Source: an uncultured Spirochaetota bacterium
Lineage (GTDB): Bacteria; Spirochaetota; Brevinematia; Brevinematales; JAOACQ01
Direction of reading: 5' to 3'
DNA length: 64,000 nt
Assembly (NCBI GenBank): GCA_963768055.1
Contig: CAVYGN010000002.1
Location: 1-64,000 of the forward strand
This document shows positions 42,992-53,578 of the stretch, in pieces (position 1 is the stretch's first letter; every line of letters begins with the position of its first letter). The notes under the pieces are model-generated. The model was given only the letters and a program-made list of their open reading frames with translations, was not told the DNA's origin and searched no databases. The translations under genes were made by a program, and so were the position numbers.

Positions 42992-43911
42992 ACACTCACC
43001 TGCCGGACCAGGCTTATAAAGATCTCCTCGAGGGAAATCTCGTTATTGGCCATTTGAAGGAGTCCGTACCCGTTTTTAACTATCGTTTCAGCTATATCCT
43101 CGCGGATATCTTTTGAGGTTTTCACTAATATTCCGGATTTTTCCTCACTGGCGCTTATGACGCCGGACATTTTCGAAAGAAGCTTAACAAGCTCTCCGGA
43201 GTTATTGCGTACTTGTATAGAGAGGGACAATTCCATTATTTCCTTTTGTTTTAAGTGATCTATCGTATCGAGGGCGACGATCTTTCCATTGTGAATTATT
43301 ATAGCTTTTTCGCAAATCTCCTCCGCTTCCGCGAGAAGATGAGTCGAAAGAATAACGGTCCTGTCCTCGGTTTTGGCGAGAGTTTTTATAAGGTTCCTTA
43401 TCTCAACCACCTGCACCGGGTCGAGCCCTACCGTAGGTTCATCCATTATTATCAATCTGGGTGAATTGACAATGCACTGTGCTATTCCCACCCTCTGTTT
43501 GAAGCCCTTGGAAAGCAGGCCGATCATAGTGTTTCTCCTATCCAGTATATCGGTCGCTTCCATAACCTCTTCAACCTTCTTCCTGATATCGTTTTTCCTG
43601 AGGCCTTTTATTTCGGCTACAAACGAAAGATACTCGAATACTGTGAGGTCCGGGTAAAGCGGCGGCGATTCGGGCAGGTAACCTGTAATGGCCTTGACCC
43701 TTTTCGGTTCCTCGAAAATATCAAGCCCGTCGATCATTATTTCTCCGCTGGTCGGCGCCATAAAACCGGTGATTATCCGCATGGTGGTCGTCTTCCCGGC
43801 CCCATTCGGGCCAAGGAAAGCGGCGATATCTCCTTTCCCGATTTCAAAAGAAATGCCTGAAAGGGCCTGGAAATTCCCGTAATTCTTGTAAAGATTTTTA
43901 ACACTGACCAT
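42988..43911 (-). CDS. GldA-like ABC ATPase
   Basis: GPNGAGKTT, LSKG..QR and DEPTVGLDP motifs. Confidence 0.93.
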   Translation of the reverse strand: MVSVKNLYKNYGNFQALSGISFEIGKGDIAAFLGPNGAGKTTTMRIITGFMAPTSGEIMIDGLDIFEEPKRVKAITGYLPESPPLYPDLTVFEYLSFVAEIKGLRKNDIRKKVEEVMEATDILDRRNTMIGLLSKGFKQRVGIAQCIVNSPRLIIMDEPTVGLDPVQVVEIRNLIKTLAKTEDRTVILSTHLLAEAEEICEKAIIIHNGKIVALDTIDHLKQKEIMELSLSIQVRNNSGELVKLLSKMSGVISASEEKSGILVKTSKDIREDIAETIVKNGYGLLQMANNEISLEEIFISLVRQVSV

Positions 43912-44001
43912 CCGGCACTCCGTAAAAACAGCATAGATTTTAAATCATTTTTTCATATTTTAAAAGTTATTTGGATAAAATAGTTCTGCCGTCTTTGCCG
44001 G

Positions 44002-44457
44002 CTATTGAAATGCCACATTGGTAATATTGCCCGGATCGCTGTAGATATTATATTCGCCGCTATAAGCCTTGACGAAAAAATAATAAGTAGTACCGGACTG
44101 AAGACTTGAGTTGTTGGTGTAGTGTGTAACCGTGAAACTAAATTGCTGGGCCGAAGTCGACGGCACAACATTGTATATAGTCGGTTTACCCGCACGCCCG
44201 TCACTATTGAGAAGGACCATAGCGTTTGAACCTTCCAGGTCGTTGATCGTCTCCGCCATGTATATGTAATAACCGCTGAAAAACGATTCGTCGTTCTCGC
44301 CCCAGAACTGGAGAAGGATCTGGCTGTTTGTCTCGACGGCGGTAAGCCCAAGGGGTGAAGACAGGGTGTTCACCGGCTGGTAACCCTCGATGCCGCATCC
44401 CGCACAACACAAAAACATAAAGGCGGCCATAAAAAACATAAGGATATGTTTATTCAT
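44002..44457 (-). CDS. Lipoprotein, FN3-like beta domain
   Basis: Lipobox-like CAGC; SPLGL...YYFFVKAY; paralog of the next ORF. Confidence 0.65.
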   Translation of the reverse strand: MNKHILMFFMAAFMFLCCAGCGIEGYQPVNTLSSPLGLTAVETNSQILLQFWGENDESFFSGYYIYMAETINDLEGSNAMVLLNSDGRAGKPTIYNVVPSTSAQQFSFTVTHYTNNSSLQSGTTYYFFVKAYSGEYNIYSDPGNITNVAFQ

Positions 44458-44460
44458 GTT

Positions 44461-44955
44461 TCAAGGTCCTATGTAATTAGTGCCCGCTATTTCGCTGGGC
44501 AGGCTGTTTGTACCGTATTGAGAACTGTAGGCCTCAACAATAAAATAATAAACCGTTTTTCCGTCGTTTGCAAGGATATAAGGTGATATCATATCGCTGT
44601 AAACGCTCAAAGTATATGTAGTTTCGCCGCTTACCGGGGCTGAAACAGGCAGAGTCAACAGGTTAGTATCGCCTGAAGAGATAGAAGGGTTATATACATT
44701 CACCCAATTTGTTGAACCGGAATTTATATTTGTATTCGTCGAAAAGAACACCATATATCCGGAAAAGTAACTTTCCTTGTTGAATCCCTCGAACTGGAGG
44801 CTGATGAAGTCGTCGTTTGTAGAGGAAGCCACCTGGAGCGCAAGCGGCGATGAAAGGTGTATTACCTGCTGGTATTGCTGAACATCGCAACCTGAAAAAA
44901 TAAATAGAACCGGCAGCAACAGCGAAAAGAAAAATAATAATAATAATCTTCTCAC
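44461..44955 (-). CDS. Lipoprotein, FN3-like beta domain (paralog)
   Basis: FSGC; LSSPLAL, FSGY and YYFIVEAYS shared with 44002..44457. Confidence 0.65.
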   Translation of the reverse strand: MRRLLLLFFFSLLLPVLFIFSGCDVQQYQQVIHLSSPLALQVASSTNDDFISLQFEGFNKESYFSGYMVFFSTNTNINSGSTNWVNVYNPSISSGDTNLLTLPVSAPVSGETTYTLSVYSDMISPYILANDGKTVYYFIVEAYSSQYGTNSLPSEIAGTNYIGP

Positions 44956-44974
44956 TTTTTGCCTTCTGCCCGAC

Positions 44975-47053
44975 CTATTTGGTTTCCGCTATGGAAATTC
45001 GCTTTTTCTCGTCAATATCTATAACTTTCGCCATAACCTTGTCGCCAATCTTGTATGCTTCCTTCGGATTTTTCCTTTCCAGGAAATTGGATTTGTGTAT
45101 AAGGCCTGTTTGCCCTGGAACCAGTTCGACAAAAATCCCGTATTCTTCGATGCGTGTAACATGCCCCTCGACCACATCCCCCCTGTTGAAACCGTTGACT
45201 ATGTGATTGACTATATATACGGCCCTTTCGATCTTCGATTCTTCCTTTGAGGTTATCATCACCTTGCCGTTATCTTCAATTGAAATATTCACGCCCGTCT
45301 CGGCCATAATCTTTTTGATCGTCCGTCCGCCGCCGCCAATTACCGACCCTATCTCGTTTTCAGGGATAGTGATGGTCCTGATCTTCGGCGCATTCTCAGA
45401 TAGAGAATCGCGGGGGCTTGAAATCGCTTCGTTCATTTTACCCAGGATAAACTCTTTACCTTCCAGGGCCTGGTTCAAAGCCTTTTCCATAATATTAAAA
45501 GGCAGTCCGGCTGTCTTGACGTCCATCTGGAAGGCTGTAATTCCCTCGGCCGATCCGGCTATCTTGAAGTCCATATCGCCGTAATGGTCTTCAACACCCT
45601 GAATATCCGACAAAACCTGGAATTTACCGCTTGCCTTGTCCCATACAAGCCCCATGGCTATGCCCGCTATCTGTTTTTTTATCGGTACGCCTGTCGCCAT
45701 AAGCGCCAGGCTTAAACTGCAAACCGTCGCCATGGATGAAGATCCGTTGGACTCAAGTATTTCCGAAACTAACCTTATTGTATATGGAAAAACCTCTTCG
45801 GTAGGAAGGACGGCTTCAATAGCCCTCTTTGCAAGGTTGCCATGCCCTATCTCTCTTCTGGACGTCATCAGGGATTTCTTGACCTCGCCGGTGCTGAACG
45901 GAGGAAAATTATAATGCAGCATAAAACGTTTCGCTTCGTCTTCTTCAAGGCTGTCTACATACTGAACATCGCTCGAAGAACCAAGAGTAACTATTCCAAG
46001 GCTCTGGGTCTGGCCTCTTGTGAAAAGCGCCGAACCATGGACATTTTCAAGGAAGTCCAATTCGATTGAAATCGGCCTGATCTCATCAGGTTTCCTGCCG
46101 TCGGGCCTAAGGCCTTCTTCTACTATCTGGCTGCGGATAATTTCCACTTCTATTTCTTCAAGGAATGATTTAGCCTCTTTGTAACATTCGCTTTCCTTTG
46201 TGATCTCGAACTTTTGAAGCACCGCATCGAAAGCCCCGGCCATTTTCTTCGAACGGTCTTTTTTATCGGGGTTTACGCTTGCCGATTTGATCAGGCCGAA
46301 CCCGAAAGCCTTCATCTTTTCTTTAGTATCACTGTCAAGAAGGCATTTAATTTCCTCAGGAACGATTTTCTGAGGATTTACCATCGCGCAAAGCTCCTCT
46401 ATCATTTCTATTTCATCAATTATGTATTTTTCCGCCAGTTTCAGGGCTTCAAGCAGGATGGATTTATCCACCTCTTTAGACCCTCCCTCCACCATTGTAA
46501 TGCCCTCTTTTGTTCCGGCGGCCACGATGTCCAATTCCGAGTTGTCGACATCTTCGATGGACGGATTAACGATAAAATTCCCGCCTTTATATACTACCCT
46601 TATGCCTCCTACAGGCTGGAGAAGGGGTATCGGCGATATCGAAAGGGCGGCAGAAGCTCCGACAATTCCGAGAATATCGGTGGAATAAACCTGGTCCGCT
46701 GAAAGCGTCGTGGCTATTACCTGGACTTCGTTAAAGAAGTTTTTAGGGAAAAGAGGCCGCAGCGGCCGGTCTATAAGCCTGGAAACAAGGATCTCTTTCT
46801 CGCTGGGTTTACCCTCTCTTTTAATATATCCGCCGGGGATCTTACCCGCAGCATAAAGTTTTTCGATATAATTGACGGTCATGGGGAAAAAATCCATATT
46901 CTCGGGAACTATTTCCGACATACAGGCTGTAACAAGAACAGCGTTTCCGCCGTATTTGACTACTACTGATCCGTTGGCAAGCTTCGCCACTTTACCGGTT
47001 TCAATTATTATATCTTTCTCTCCGATCTTTCTTTTTACCTGGAAAAAACTCAT
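44975..47053 (-). CDS. pnp: Polyribonucleotide nucleotidyltransferase
   Basis: RLIDRPLRP, FTRGQTQ, ESNGSSSMA and GDMDFK motifs; KH and S1 domains. Confidence 0.97.
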   Translation of the reverse strand: MSFFQVKRKIGEKDIIIETGKVAKLANGSVVVKYGGNAVLVTACMSEIVPENMDFFPMTVNYIEKLYAAGKIPGGYIKREGKPSEKEILVSRLIDRPLRPLFPKNFFNEVQVIATTLSADQVYSTDILGIVGASAALSISPIPLLQPVGGIRVVYKGGNFIVNPSIEDVDNSELDIVAAGTKEGITMVEGGSKEVDKSILLEALKLAEKYIIDEIEMIEELCAMVNPQKIVPEEIKCLLDSDTKEKMKAFGFGLIKSASVNPDKKDRSKKMAGAFDAVLQKFEITKESECYKEAKSFLEEIEVEIIRSQIVEEGLRPDGRKPDEIRPISIELDFLENVHGSALFTRGQTQSLGIVTLGSSSDVQYVDSLEEDEAKRFMLHYNFPPFSTGEVKKSLMTSRREIGHGNLAKRAIEAVLPTEEVFPYTIRLVSEILESNGSSSMATVCSLSLALMATGVPIKKQIAGIAMGLVWDKASGKFQVLSDIQGVEDHYGDMDFKIAGSAEGITAFQMDVKTAGLPFNIMEKALNQALEGKEFILGKMNEAISSPRDSLSENAPKIRTITIPENEIGSVIGGGGRTIKKIMAETGVNISIEDNGKVMITSKEESKIERAVYIVNHIVNGFNRGDVVEGHVTRIEEYGIFVELVPGQTGLIHKSNFLERKNPKEAYKIGDKVMAKVIDIDEKKRISIAETK

Positions 47054-47093
47054 ACCATCTCCTTTTCCTGTGATCATGCCGGTAAATAAAAAA

Positions 47094-47360
47094 CTATTTT
47101 AATTTTAATTTAGTAATAACGTTATGATAACTGGTAGGATTTTTTACCTGGAGGTAGCGTAAAAGCCTCCTCCTCCTGCCTATCAGACGGAGCAAGCCTC
47201 TTTTGGAATTATTGTCCTTTTTAAAATGTTTGAAATGCTCTGTAAGATTGTTTATTTTCTGGGACATTATCGCGATTTGAACCTCGGATGAACCCGTATC
47301 TTTTTCATGTTTCGAAAATTTTCCAATTATCGTTTTCTTATCGGTGCTGGTTATAGGCAT
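47094..47360 (-). CDS. rpsO: 30S ribosomal protein S15
   Basis: DTGSSEVQIA...KKD..SKRGL. Confidence 0.96.
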   Translation of the reverse strand: MPITSTDKKTIIGKFSKHEKDTGSSEVQIAIMSQKINNLTEHFKHFKKDNNSKRGLLRLIGRRRRLLRYLQVKNPTSYHNVITKLKLK

Positions 47361-47398
47361 AAACTCTCCTCCAAAACAATTGTTTGTTAATGTTAAAA

Positions 47399-48367
47399 TT
47401 ATAAAAAAATACCCGTTTCAGGCAGTTTCCCTGCGTTCTTATACTCCGAGTATAGTTTAATAACCTTACTCTTATCATTATAAATGTTTTTTTGTAAATC
47501 ATCAAGATTATGAAATTTTTTTTCATTTCTTATCTTTTTTATAAATAAAACCGTGTAGTTCACCCCGTCCATGACCTTCCCGGGGTCGCCGTCAAAATCA
47601 ATGATATTTGTCTCGTTGCGCATCTCATGACTTTCCATCGACGGACGCGTACCGATATAAGTCATCGCGGGATAAAGCCTGTCTTCCAGATAAAACAGAC
47701 TGAAATAAACCCCGGCTTGCGGCAGGATTTGCCTGTTTATCTCGAGATTTATAGTAGGGTAACCTGTTCTTTCGCCGATTCCGTCACCCTTTATTTTTCT
47801 TGAGGAGATAAAATAAGGCCTTCCAAGAAGCCCGGCTGCCAGTTCAAGATCTCCTTCGATGATTTTTTCCCTTATAAGGCTCGAGCTTACAGTAACTAAA
47901 TTACATTTCAGCTTTTCAACGACCTTCAGCGTAAAAAAACCCTCCCTTTCGAAAGACTTGAGGGTATGGATGTTCCCCAGGTTCCCCCTGCCGAACCTGA
48001 AATCAGGGCCGACATAAAAATGAAGTTTTTCGATCCTATCCATAAATAATTTTACAAAATCATGCGCTTCCATGCCGGCGACGCTTTTAAAATCGAGGGA
48101 AACGATATTGTCGATTCCCGCCTGGGACAGGGCCTTCTTTTTATAGCCGTCCGGGAACAGATAACCTTTGAATCTTCCCGGATTTACTATAAGCGAAGTC
48201 GATTCCTCGAAGGTAACGGCTATTGCCGGGGCGCCCCGGGCGTCTTTCTTCATCGACTCAATGATTTTCCGGTGGCCAAGATGCAGGCCGTCGAAATTTC
48301 CTATAGTCACATAGGCCTCATCATAGCTTTTCAGCAGTTTAATATTATCTGTTATAACTGCGTTCAT
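47399..48367 (-). CDS. ribF: Riboflavin kinase/FAD synthetase
   Basis: IGNFDGLHLGH, SSSLIR and GYPTIN motifs; ATG overlaps the murJ stop. Confidence 0.92.
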   Translation of the reverse strand: MNAVITDNIKLLKSYDEAYVTIGNFDGLHLGHRKIIESMKKDARGAPAIAVTFEESTSLIVNPGRFKGYLFPDGYKKKALSQAGIDNIVSLDFKSVAGMEAHDFVKLFMDRIEKLHFYVGPDFRFGRGNLGNIHTLKSFEREGFFTLKVVEKLKCNLVTVSSSLIREKIIEGDLELAAGLLGRPYFISSRKIKGDGIGERTGYPTINLEINRQILPQAGVYFSLFYLEDRLYPAMTYIGTRPSMESHEMRNETNIIDFDGDPGKVMDGVNYTVLFIKKIRNEKKFHNLDDLQKNIYNDKSKVIKLYSEYKNAGKLPETGIFL

Positions 48368-49917
48368 CGTTTCAAATCCATTTTTAATATCCTGGTAATA
48401 ATATAGTAAAATAAAGCGAATAAAAGAAATTCCGAAGCGGCAAGGCATAGAGCTAATAATGCATTCTGCATAGGCTGATATAGAAACCTGTGAACAGGAT
48501 ATATAAAGGCGCATGCGGCTAATGAAATCAGGAAAAAGATAAGGGATTTGCCGAACAGCCCGGAATTTTTCAGGTCAACCCGGCCCGTCTTTCTCAGGCG
48601 GAAGACATAATAAACCAGGGTCATCCAGCTTGCCGTCATGTCGGCCGCGAAAACGCCGTAAAAGGATATTTCCGGCAGAAAAGAACTGAAATACAGCCCG
48701 ATCGAGAGGATAAATATTATTATATTCGCCCTTAAAGGCGTTCCGGCGTCATGAAGCGAATAAAACACCCTTTCGAGGATCATCATCAGCCCGAGAGGAA
48801 GAAGGGCGGCGGAATACAGGGTTACAGCGGTGTAATGGCTTACCAGGAGTTCGTTCGTAAATTTTCCGGTTGAATGCGCCAGGAATCTTGTGATGTCGCG
48901 GAAGATGGAATTCGTCACGGTGTCGGGGTACAGGGCGAAAAATACCGCAAGAGGTATCATCAGGTAGAGGATAATGTTGAATCCTTCCGATAGGGACCGG
49001 TTATAGCTGGCGCTGTCCGATTGCACGCTGAATTTAGAGAGAAGGGGCATCATGACCGTGCCGACCGCCCACCCGATTATGCCAAGCGGGGCCTGCATGA
49101 TAAGATAGGCGTTCATGTATATTGTGGCGCTCCCCAGGAAGAATGAAAGAAATATGGAAGTGGCGTAAAACTTGACCGTGATGACGACCTGGTTCAATGC
49201 GGTGGGTTTGAAAAGCTTCATGAAATCGATAAGATACCTGTCCCTGAAATCCAGGACAAGGCTGTATCTGAATCCGATTTTTCGAAGTTCGAAAAGCTGA
49301 ATCAGGACCATTAATACCGAACCGGCGACTACCGCTATGCCGAGTGAATATATGCCGATGCTTTTAACGAAAAGGATCGGAATGATCATGAAGACTATAT
49401 TTGAAAAAAACGGGGCAAAAGCCGAGGCTATGAATTTTTTATGCGAATTAAGGACCCCCATAATGAGCCCGAAGAGTGAAATGAAAATAAGATACGGCAT
49501 CATGATCATGGTAAGAATAATATTCTCCCGGAGGATCTCGCTGCCGGATTTATATCCCGGGACAAGGAATGGGGCGTAAAAAGGGGCTAAAGCTGCACCT
49601 GCGACTACCAGCGCCGCATTGATAATTATGAATATATTAATGATATTCGAGGCGAACCTGAACGCGGTTTTGTTCTTTTCGTCGGCATCCTCGTGAAGAG
49701 TTTTTTGAAAAACAGGTATGAAAGCGTTAGTCAGCGCACCCTCGCCTATATACCTGCTGAAAGAATTTACCAGCCGGAATGCCATCCAGAAGGGGTCCTG
49801 GCCGGTCCCGAAGAGGTAATTTGAGACGTTCTGCTTTAAAACCCCTGTGACCCGGGAAAAAAACGTCCCGATCGAGTTTACCAGGGTATGCCGGTAGGAT
49901 ACAAGCCTGTTAGCCAT
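48364..49917 (-). CDS. murJ: Lipid II flippase MurJ
   Basis: SRVTG and EGALTNAFIP motifs; about 14 TM helices. Confidence 0.88.
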   Translation of the reverse strand: MANRLVSYRHTLVNSIGTFFSRVTGVLKQNVSNYLFGTGQDPFWMAFRLVNSFSRYIGEGALTNAFIPVFQKTLHEDADEKNKTAFRFASNIINIFIIINAALVVAGAALAPFYAPFLVPGYKSGSEILRENIILTMIMMPYLIFISLFGLIMGVLNSHKKFIASAFAPFFSNIVFMIIPILFVKSIGIYSLGIAVVAGSVLMVLIQLFELRKIGFRYSLVLDFRDRYLIDFMKLFKPTALNQVVITVKFYATSIFLSFFLGSATIYMNAYLIMQAPLGIIGWAVGTVMMPLLSKFSVQSDSASYNRSLSEGFNIILYLMIPLAVFFALYPDTVTNSIFRDITRFLAHSTGKFTNELLVSHYTAVTLYSAALLPLGLMMILERVFYSLHDAGTPLRANIIIFILSIGLYFSSFLPEISFYGVFAADMTASWMTLVYYVFRLRKTGRVDLKNSGLFGKSLIFFLISLAACAFIYPVHRFLYQPMQNALLALCLAASEFLLFALFYYIITRILKMDLKR

Positions 49918-49925
49918 GCGCCGCT

Positions 49926-50807
49926 CTAAACGAGCCCTCCGGCTTTAAGCGCTGCAGAAAGTTTTTCGAGGTTTTCATTTTTTAGAGGGCATAAGGGCAG
50001 CCTGAATTCAACGGCGCCGATCAGCCCCATCAGGTAAGCCGCAGTTTTGACCGGTATGGGGCTCGTTTCCAGGAACATCGCCCTGTGAATGGGCATAAGC
50101 GAAAAATTTATCGCCCTGGCTTTTTCAAGATCCCCGGCAAAAAAGCTCTTGACCAGATCGCTCGACAGCCTCGGCGCTATGTTAGAGGTCACGGAGACAG
50201 TCCCTTTTCCCCCTACTGACAGCATGGGCAGATTGAGAAAATCATCGCCGGACAGCATAATAAATCCGGATTTCGAATACTCCACTATCTCGGCGGCCTG
50301 CTGGAGGTTCGTAGCCTCCTTTATGCCTATGATCCGGGGAATCAGCGACAGCCTGGCCGTAGTTTCCGGGAGCATATTCACGCCTGTCCTTCCGGGTATG
50401 TTGTACATTATCATAGGCAGGTCGACAGCGGCGGCGATTTCCGCAAAATGCCTGTAAAGGCCCTCCTGCGTCGGCTTGTTGTAATAGGGAGTGATGGAGA
50501 GGTGGGCGTCCGCGCCCGAGGCTTTCGCGCTGCGGGCCAGGTCGACGGCTTCCATTGTCGAATTGGAGCCCGTGCCAGCGATGACCGGTATGCGCCCATT
50601 GACCTTTTTAACAGTAAAATCTATAACTTCTTCATGCTCTTTTGTAGTAAGGGTAGCCGATTCGCCTGTAGTCCCGCATGGTACAAGCCCGTCGCTCCCG
50701 TTGCCGATCTGAAATTCGATTAATTTTTCAAGGCTTTCGTAATCTACTTCGCCGTTTTTAAAGGGGGTGATAATTGCGGTGATAGAGCCCCCGATCGTTC
50801 CGGTCAT
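49926..50807 (-). CDS. dapA: 4-hydroxy-tetrahydrodipicolinate synthase
   Basis: GTTGES, TPYYNKP, YNIPGRT and GIKEA motifs. Confidence 0.96.
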   Translation of the reverse strand: MTGTIGGSITAIITPFKNGEVDYESLEKLIEFQIGNGSDGLVPCGTTGESATLTTKEHEEVIDFTVKKVNGRIPVIAGTGSNSTMEAVDLARSAKASGADAHLSITPYYNKPTQEGLYRHFAEIAAAVDLPMIMYNIPGRTGVNMLPETTARLSLIPRIIGIKEATNLQQAAEIVEYSKSGFIMLSGDDFLNLPMLSVGGKGTVSVTSNIAPRLSSDLVKSFFAGDLEKARAINFSLMPIHRAMFLETSPIPVKTAAYLMGLIGAVEFRLPLCPLKNENLEKLSAALKAGGLV

Positions 50808-51006
50808 GGCTATCCTCCGTTTATTCAATACAAGATGATATAAAAAGGCCGGAGATTAGTCAAATGAATGCCGGTTTGCGATTTACTTTGGATCCGCTGA
50901 ACGCCGTATCTATCAAAAAACTGTTCGTAGACTCCAAATGGCATATCGTGTAATTTCAGGGGTTGTGTATCCTAAGGCATTATAACAAATAAATTACCTA
51001 TTTATA

Positions 51007-52134
51007 TCAAGTACAGATATCACCAAGTCTGTTTTCCAGAATACCCTTTTTTATCTCCATTGCTATCCTTTCACCGTAGCTGATAGAATCACCATAAAGG
51101 TACCCGGAATAAGGTGTAAATAAAGTGCCTGGACTTCCTGGTATTCGGAGTGATACATCAAATACAACTAGATCCTCTTTACCATGTTCTGCTGTAATTG
51201 CGCCCTGAAGGGCAAATGGGCCGATGATTCCCGGGGAATGTTCTTTTTTTGTTGTTTCAGTAAATCGTTCGCCTGCCTCAAAAGCCTTTTCCAATAAAGA
51301 TTCCTTTACAGTGCAAGTTATATGACCGGTTTCAATATATTTCAATTCGAAATATTTCATTACTTCCAGCTGTTCAGGAACAGGGAGTCTTAAGATCCCA
51401 TCCAGATTTGTTTGCCTTCTGGTGTCTGTTCCCATTAATTCTAATTCGTCTTCTAAAACGGAATAAAAAAAATTGAAATTTACCTGAGCCCCTATTATAT
51501 ACTCTTCAATAACAGCTTGAGATAAAGCACTGTCGGTAATGACCCCTTTCTGTAACAATTCCCGGGATTTTGATTGATAACTTTCATAATCATGAGCAAA
51601 GAAGAATGACCTTTCGTATGTTCGCATTGCCTCAGGCGCTTTAACGATACAAAGTTTGTTGATATCCTGAGGATGTTCGAAAATATACGGAATCCGGATG
51701 CCTGCTTTTTTAAGAAGGACATACTGGTTATTTGGGGTGTTTCTTTCTTCGAGTTTCAGGATCGATCGAGTCCCGAAAATGGGTATATAGAACTCATTTT
51801 CTATTTTATTAAAATCAAAGTATACCCAGAAATACCTGTTGTGAATAAAAATCGTATTCATACTTCTCAATGATTCCTGGACTTCCGGCCGGATGATGTC
51901 GGCAAATTTATCTAATATAATTGTATCATCAACGATTCCTTTATTGCCTCTGGCCTTATAGTATCTGGAATAAGTTTGTTCTCTGCCAGCCTGGCAGACT
52001 ACAACAGTTCTGAAACCAACTTTTTTAGCCCCCCTGCAGACATCCAATGCAGAATGCCCTCCCAGAACACCTATAGTAATATTTTTATTATCATATTGGT
52101 CCAGTAATCGTTGAATTTCAATTCTTTTTATCAT
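51007..52134 (-). CDS. PurP-like ATP-grasp protein (FAICAR synthetase family)
   Basis: GGHSALD, IEEYIIG, RRQTNLDG, GH..CT.KESLL and GPFALQ motifs. Confidence 0.85.
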   Translation of the reverse strand: MIKRIEIQRLLDQYDNKNITIGVLGGHSALDVCRGAKKVGFRTVVVCQAGREQTYSRYYKARGNKGIVDDTIILDKFADIIRPEVQESLRSMNTIFIHNRYFWVYFDFNKIENEFYIPIFGTRSILKLEERNTPNNQYVLLKKAGIRIPYIFEHPQDINKLCIVKAPEAMRTYERSFFFAHDYESYQSKSRELLQKGVITDSALSQAVIEEYIIGAQVNFNFFYSVLEDELELMGTDTRRQTNLDGILRLPVPEQLEVMKYFELKYIETGHITCTVKESLLEKAFEAGERFTETTKKEHSPGIIGPFALQGAITAEHGKEDLVVFDVSLRIPGSPGTLFTPYSGYLYGDSISYGERIAMEIKKGILENRLGDICT

Positions 52135-53157
52135 CCGGCTACCCTTCCCAGCATATTTCTTTCATTTGCTATCTTGATTTCCCTGGCTATCCTTCTTCCG
52201 GTACTCATAGGCTCGTCGTATTTCAGATCAGTATAGGGGCTGCCTTTTATATATAAATTTGTACCGGCAACAATCCTCGCTGATATTTCGAACACATAAA
52301 AATTCTGCTCCGGAGTTATGATACCTTCAAGACAGAAGGGCCCGTAAAGACCTATTCCGTCCAGTTCCCTGGATACACTTATAACATTCTGGCCAATTTC
52401 AAAAAAATATGGAAGCAGGCTTTCCCTTACGACAACGGGGATATTACCCACTACTACATAGCTCGGATCGACACTTTCAAGTGCCATCTGATCCCTCGCG
52501 GATATTCTTCCAAGAGAATCAACGTTACTCTCATATCGAATATCGAAGCCCATAATTTCCAGTGTTTTATCAATTGAGGAATAGAAGTAATGAGCATACA
52601 TTGGAACGCCGATAATATATTCCTGAATAACGTACTTTTCATTCGGATAACGGGATATTTTTTCATTAAAATCTTTTTCGTTTTTGGCAAGGAAATAGCC
52701 TTTACCGCCCTTTGCACCATGGAATTTAACAATGACTGATTTTTTTATTTCGTCAGGTTTTTATTTCGTCAGGTTTTGAATATATGTTGGGCAGTTTTAA
52801 GCCGGCCTTTTTTAACCAATTTCTCTGTTTTTGTCTGTCTGATTCCCATTCAAGTATGGCCTTATTACCGAAATAGGGAACTTTAAGTTTCCTGACGTTC
52901 TCTAAACCCAAATATTCAATAAAGGATGCATGCGGTATGATGATGCTTGAACTTTGAATTAGTTTTTCTTCACAAGAGAAAAAGTTTTTGAAAGAATCGA
53001 TTATAATTTTTTCTTTTGCGACTTGAAAGGAATCATATGGTGCGTCCCTTCCCTTCAAACAGATTATCGTTGATGAAAAACCCTCATCTTTAGCACCTTT
53101 CAAGATTTGAAGAGCGGAATGGCTACCGATGGTAGCGATATTTTTTATACTATCCAT
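52131..53157 (-). pseudogene. purP: Archaeal-type PurP (formate-dependent FAICAR synthetase), frameshifted
   Basis: SHSALQI...GAKGGKGYF...RYESNVD...GNIP...FEISARIVAGTN; a 16-bp tandem duplication at 52743-52774 breaks the frame. Confidence 0.85.
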
Positions 53158-53320
53158 GCAAAATACTAAAGTAGTAATTTATTTTTGTCAAACAACAAGG
53201 TTAAGCACCCTGGAAAAAGGCAGTGCTGACATGCGTAAAATTAAATCAGAGCTTGCGGATTTGATTATCACCAGAAAAGGGGGATAATTATTATGCTTAA
53301 CAAAACCCACACCCTGACTT

Positions 53321-53578
53321 GCCGAATGTAAAACAATATGCACTTTTTTGTTGAGTCAATTTTTAGCTCGCATTATGAAAAAGCTTAGAGTTGCAGGCGA
53401 CGCGGCGAAAAAGCAAGCCCCCACCTTACCTGCCGAATTTAAAACAATATATATCCAGGATGAAGCATTTTTTTTTCGAACCTTATGAGTAAGCGTAGAA
53501 GCTGCGGGCTCAAGCTTACAAATACTGTGAGAAAAAAAATTGCATTCATTAAGGCATTAATATGTTGTTTTAATCGGC
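53321..53578. repeat. Imperfect palindromic/MITE-like repeat with a partial tandem copy
   Basis: GCCGAAT.TAAAACAATAT at 53321 and 53432; 53432-53578 folds back on itself. Confidence 0.55.
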
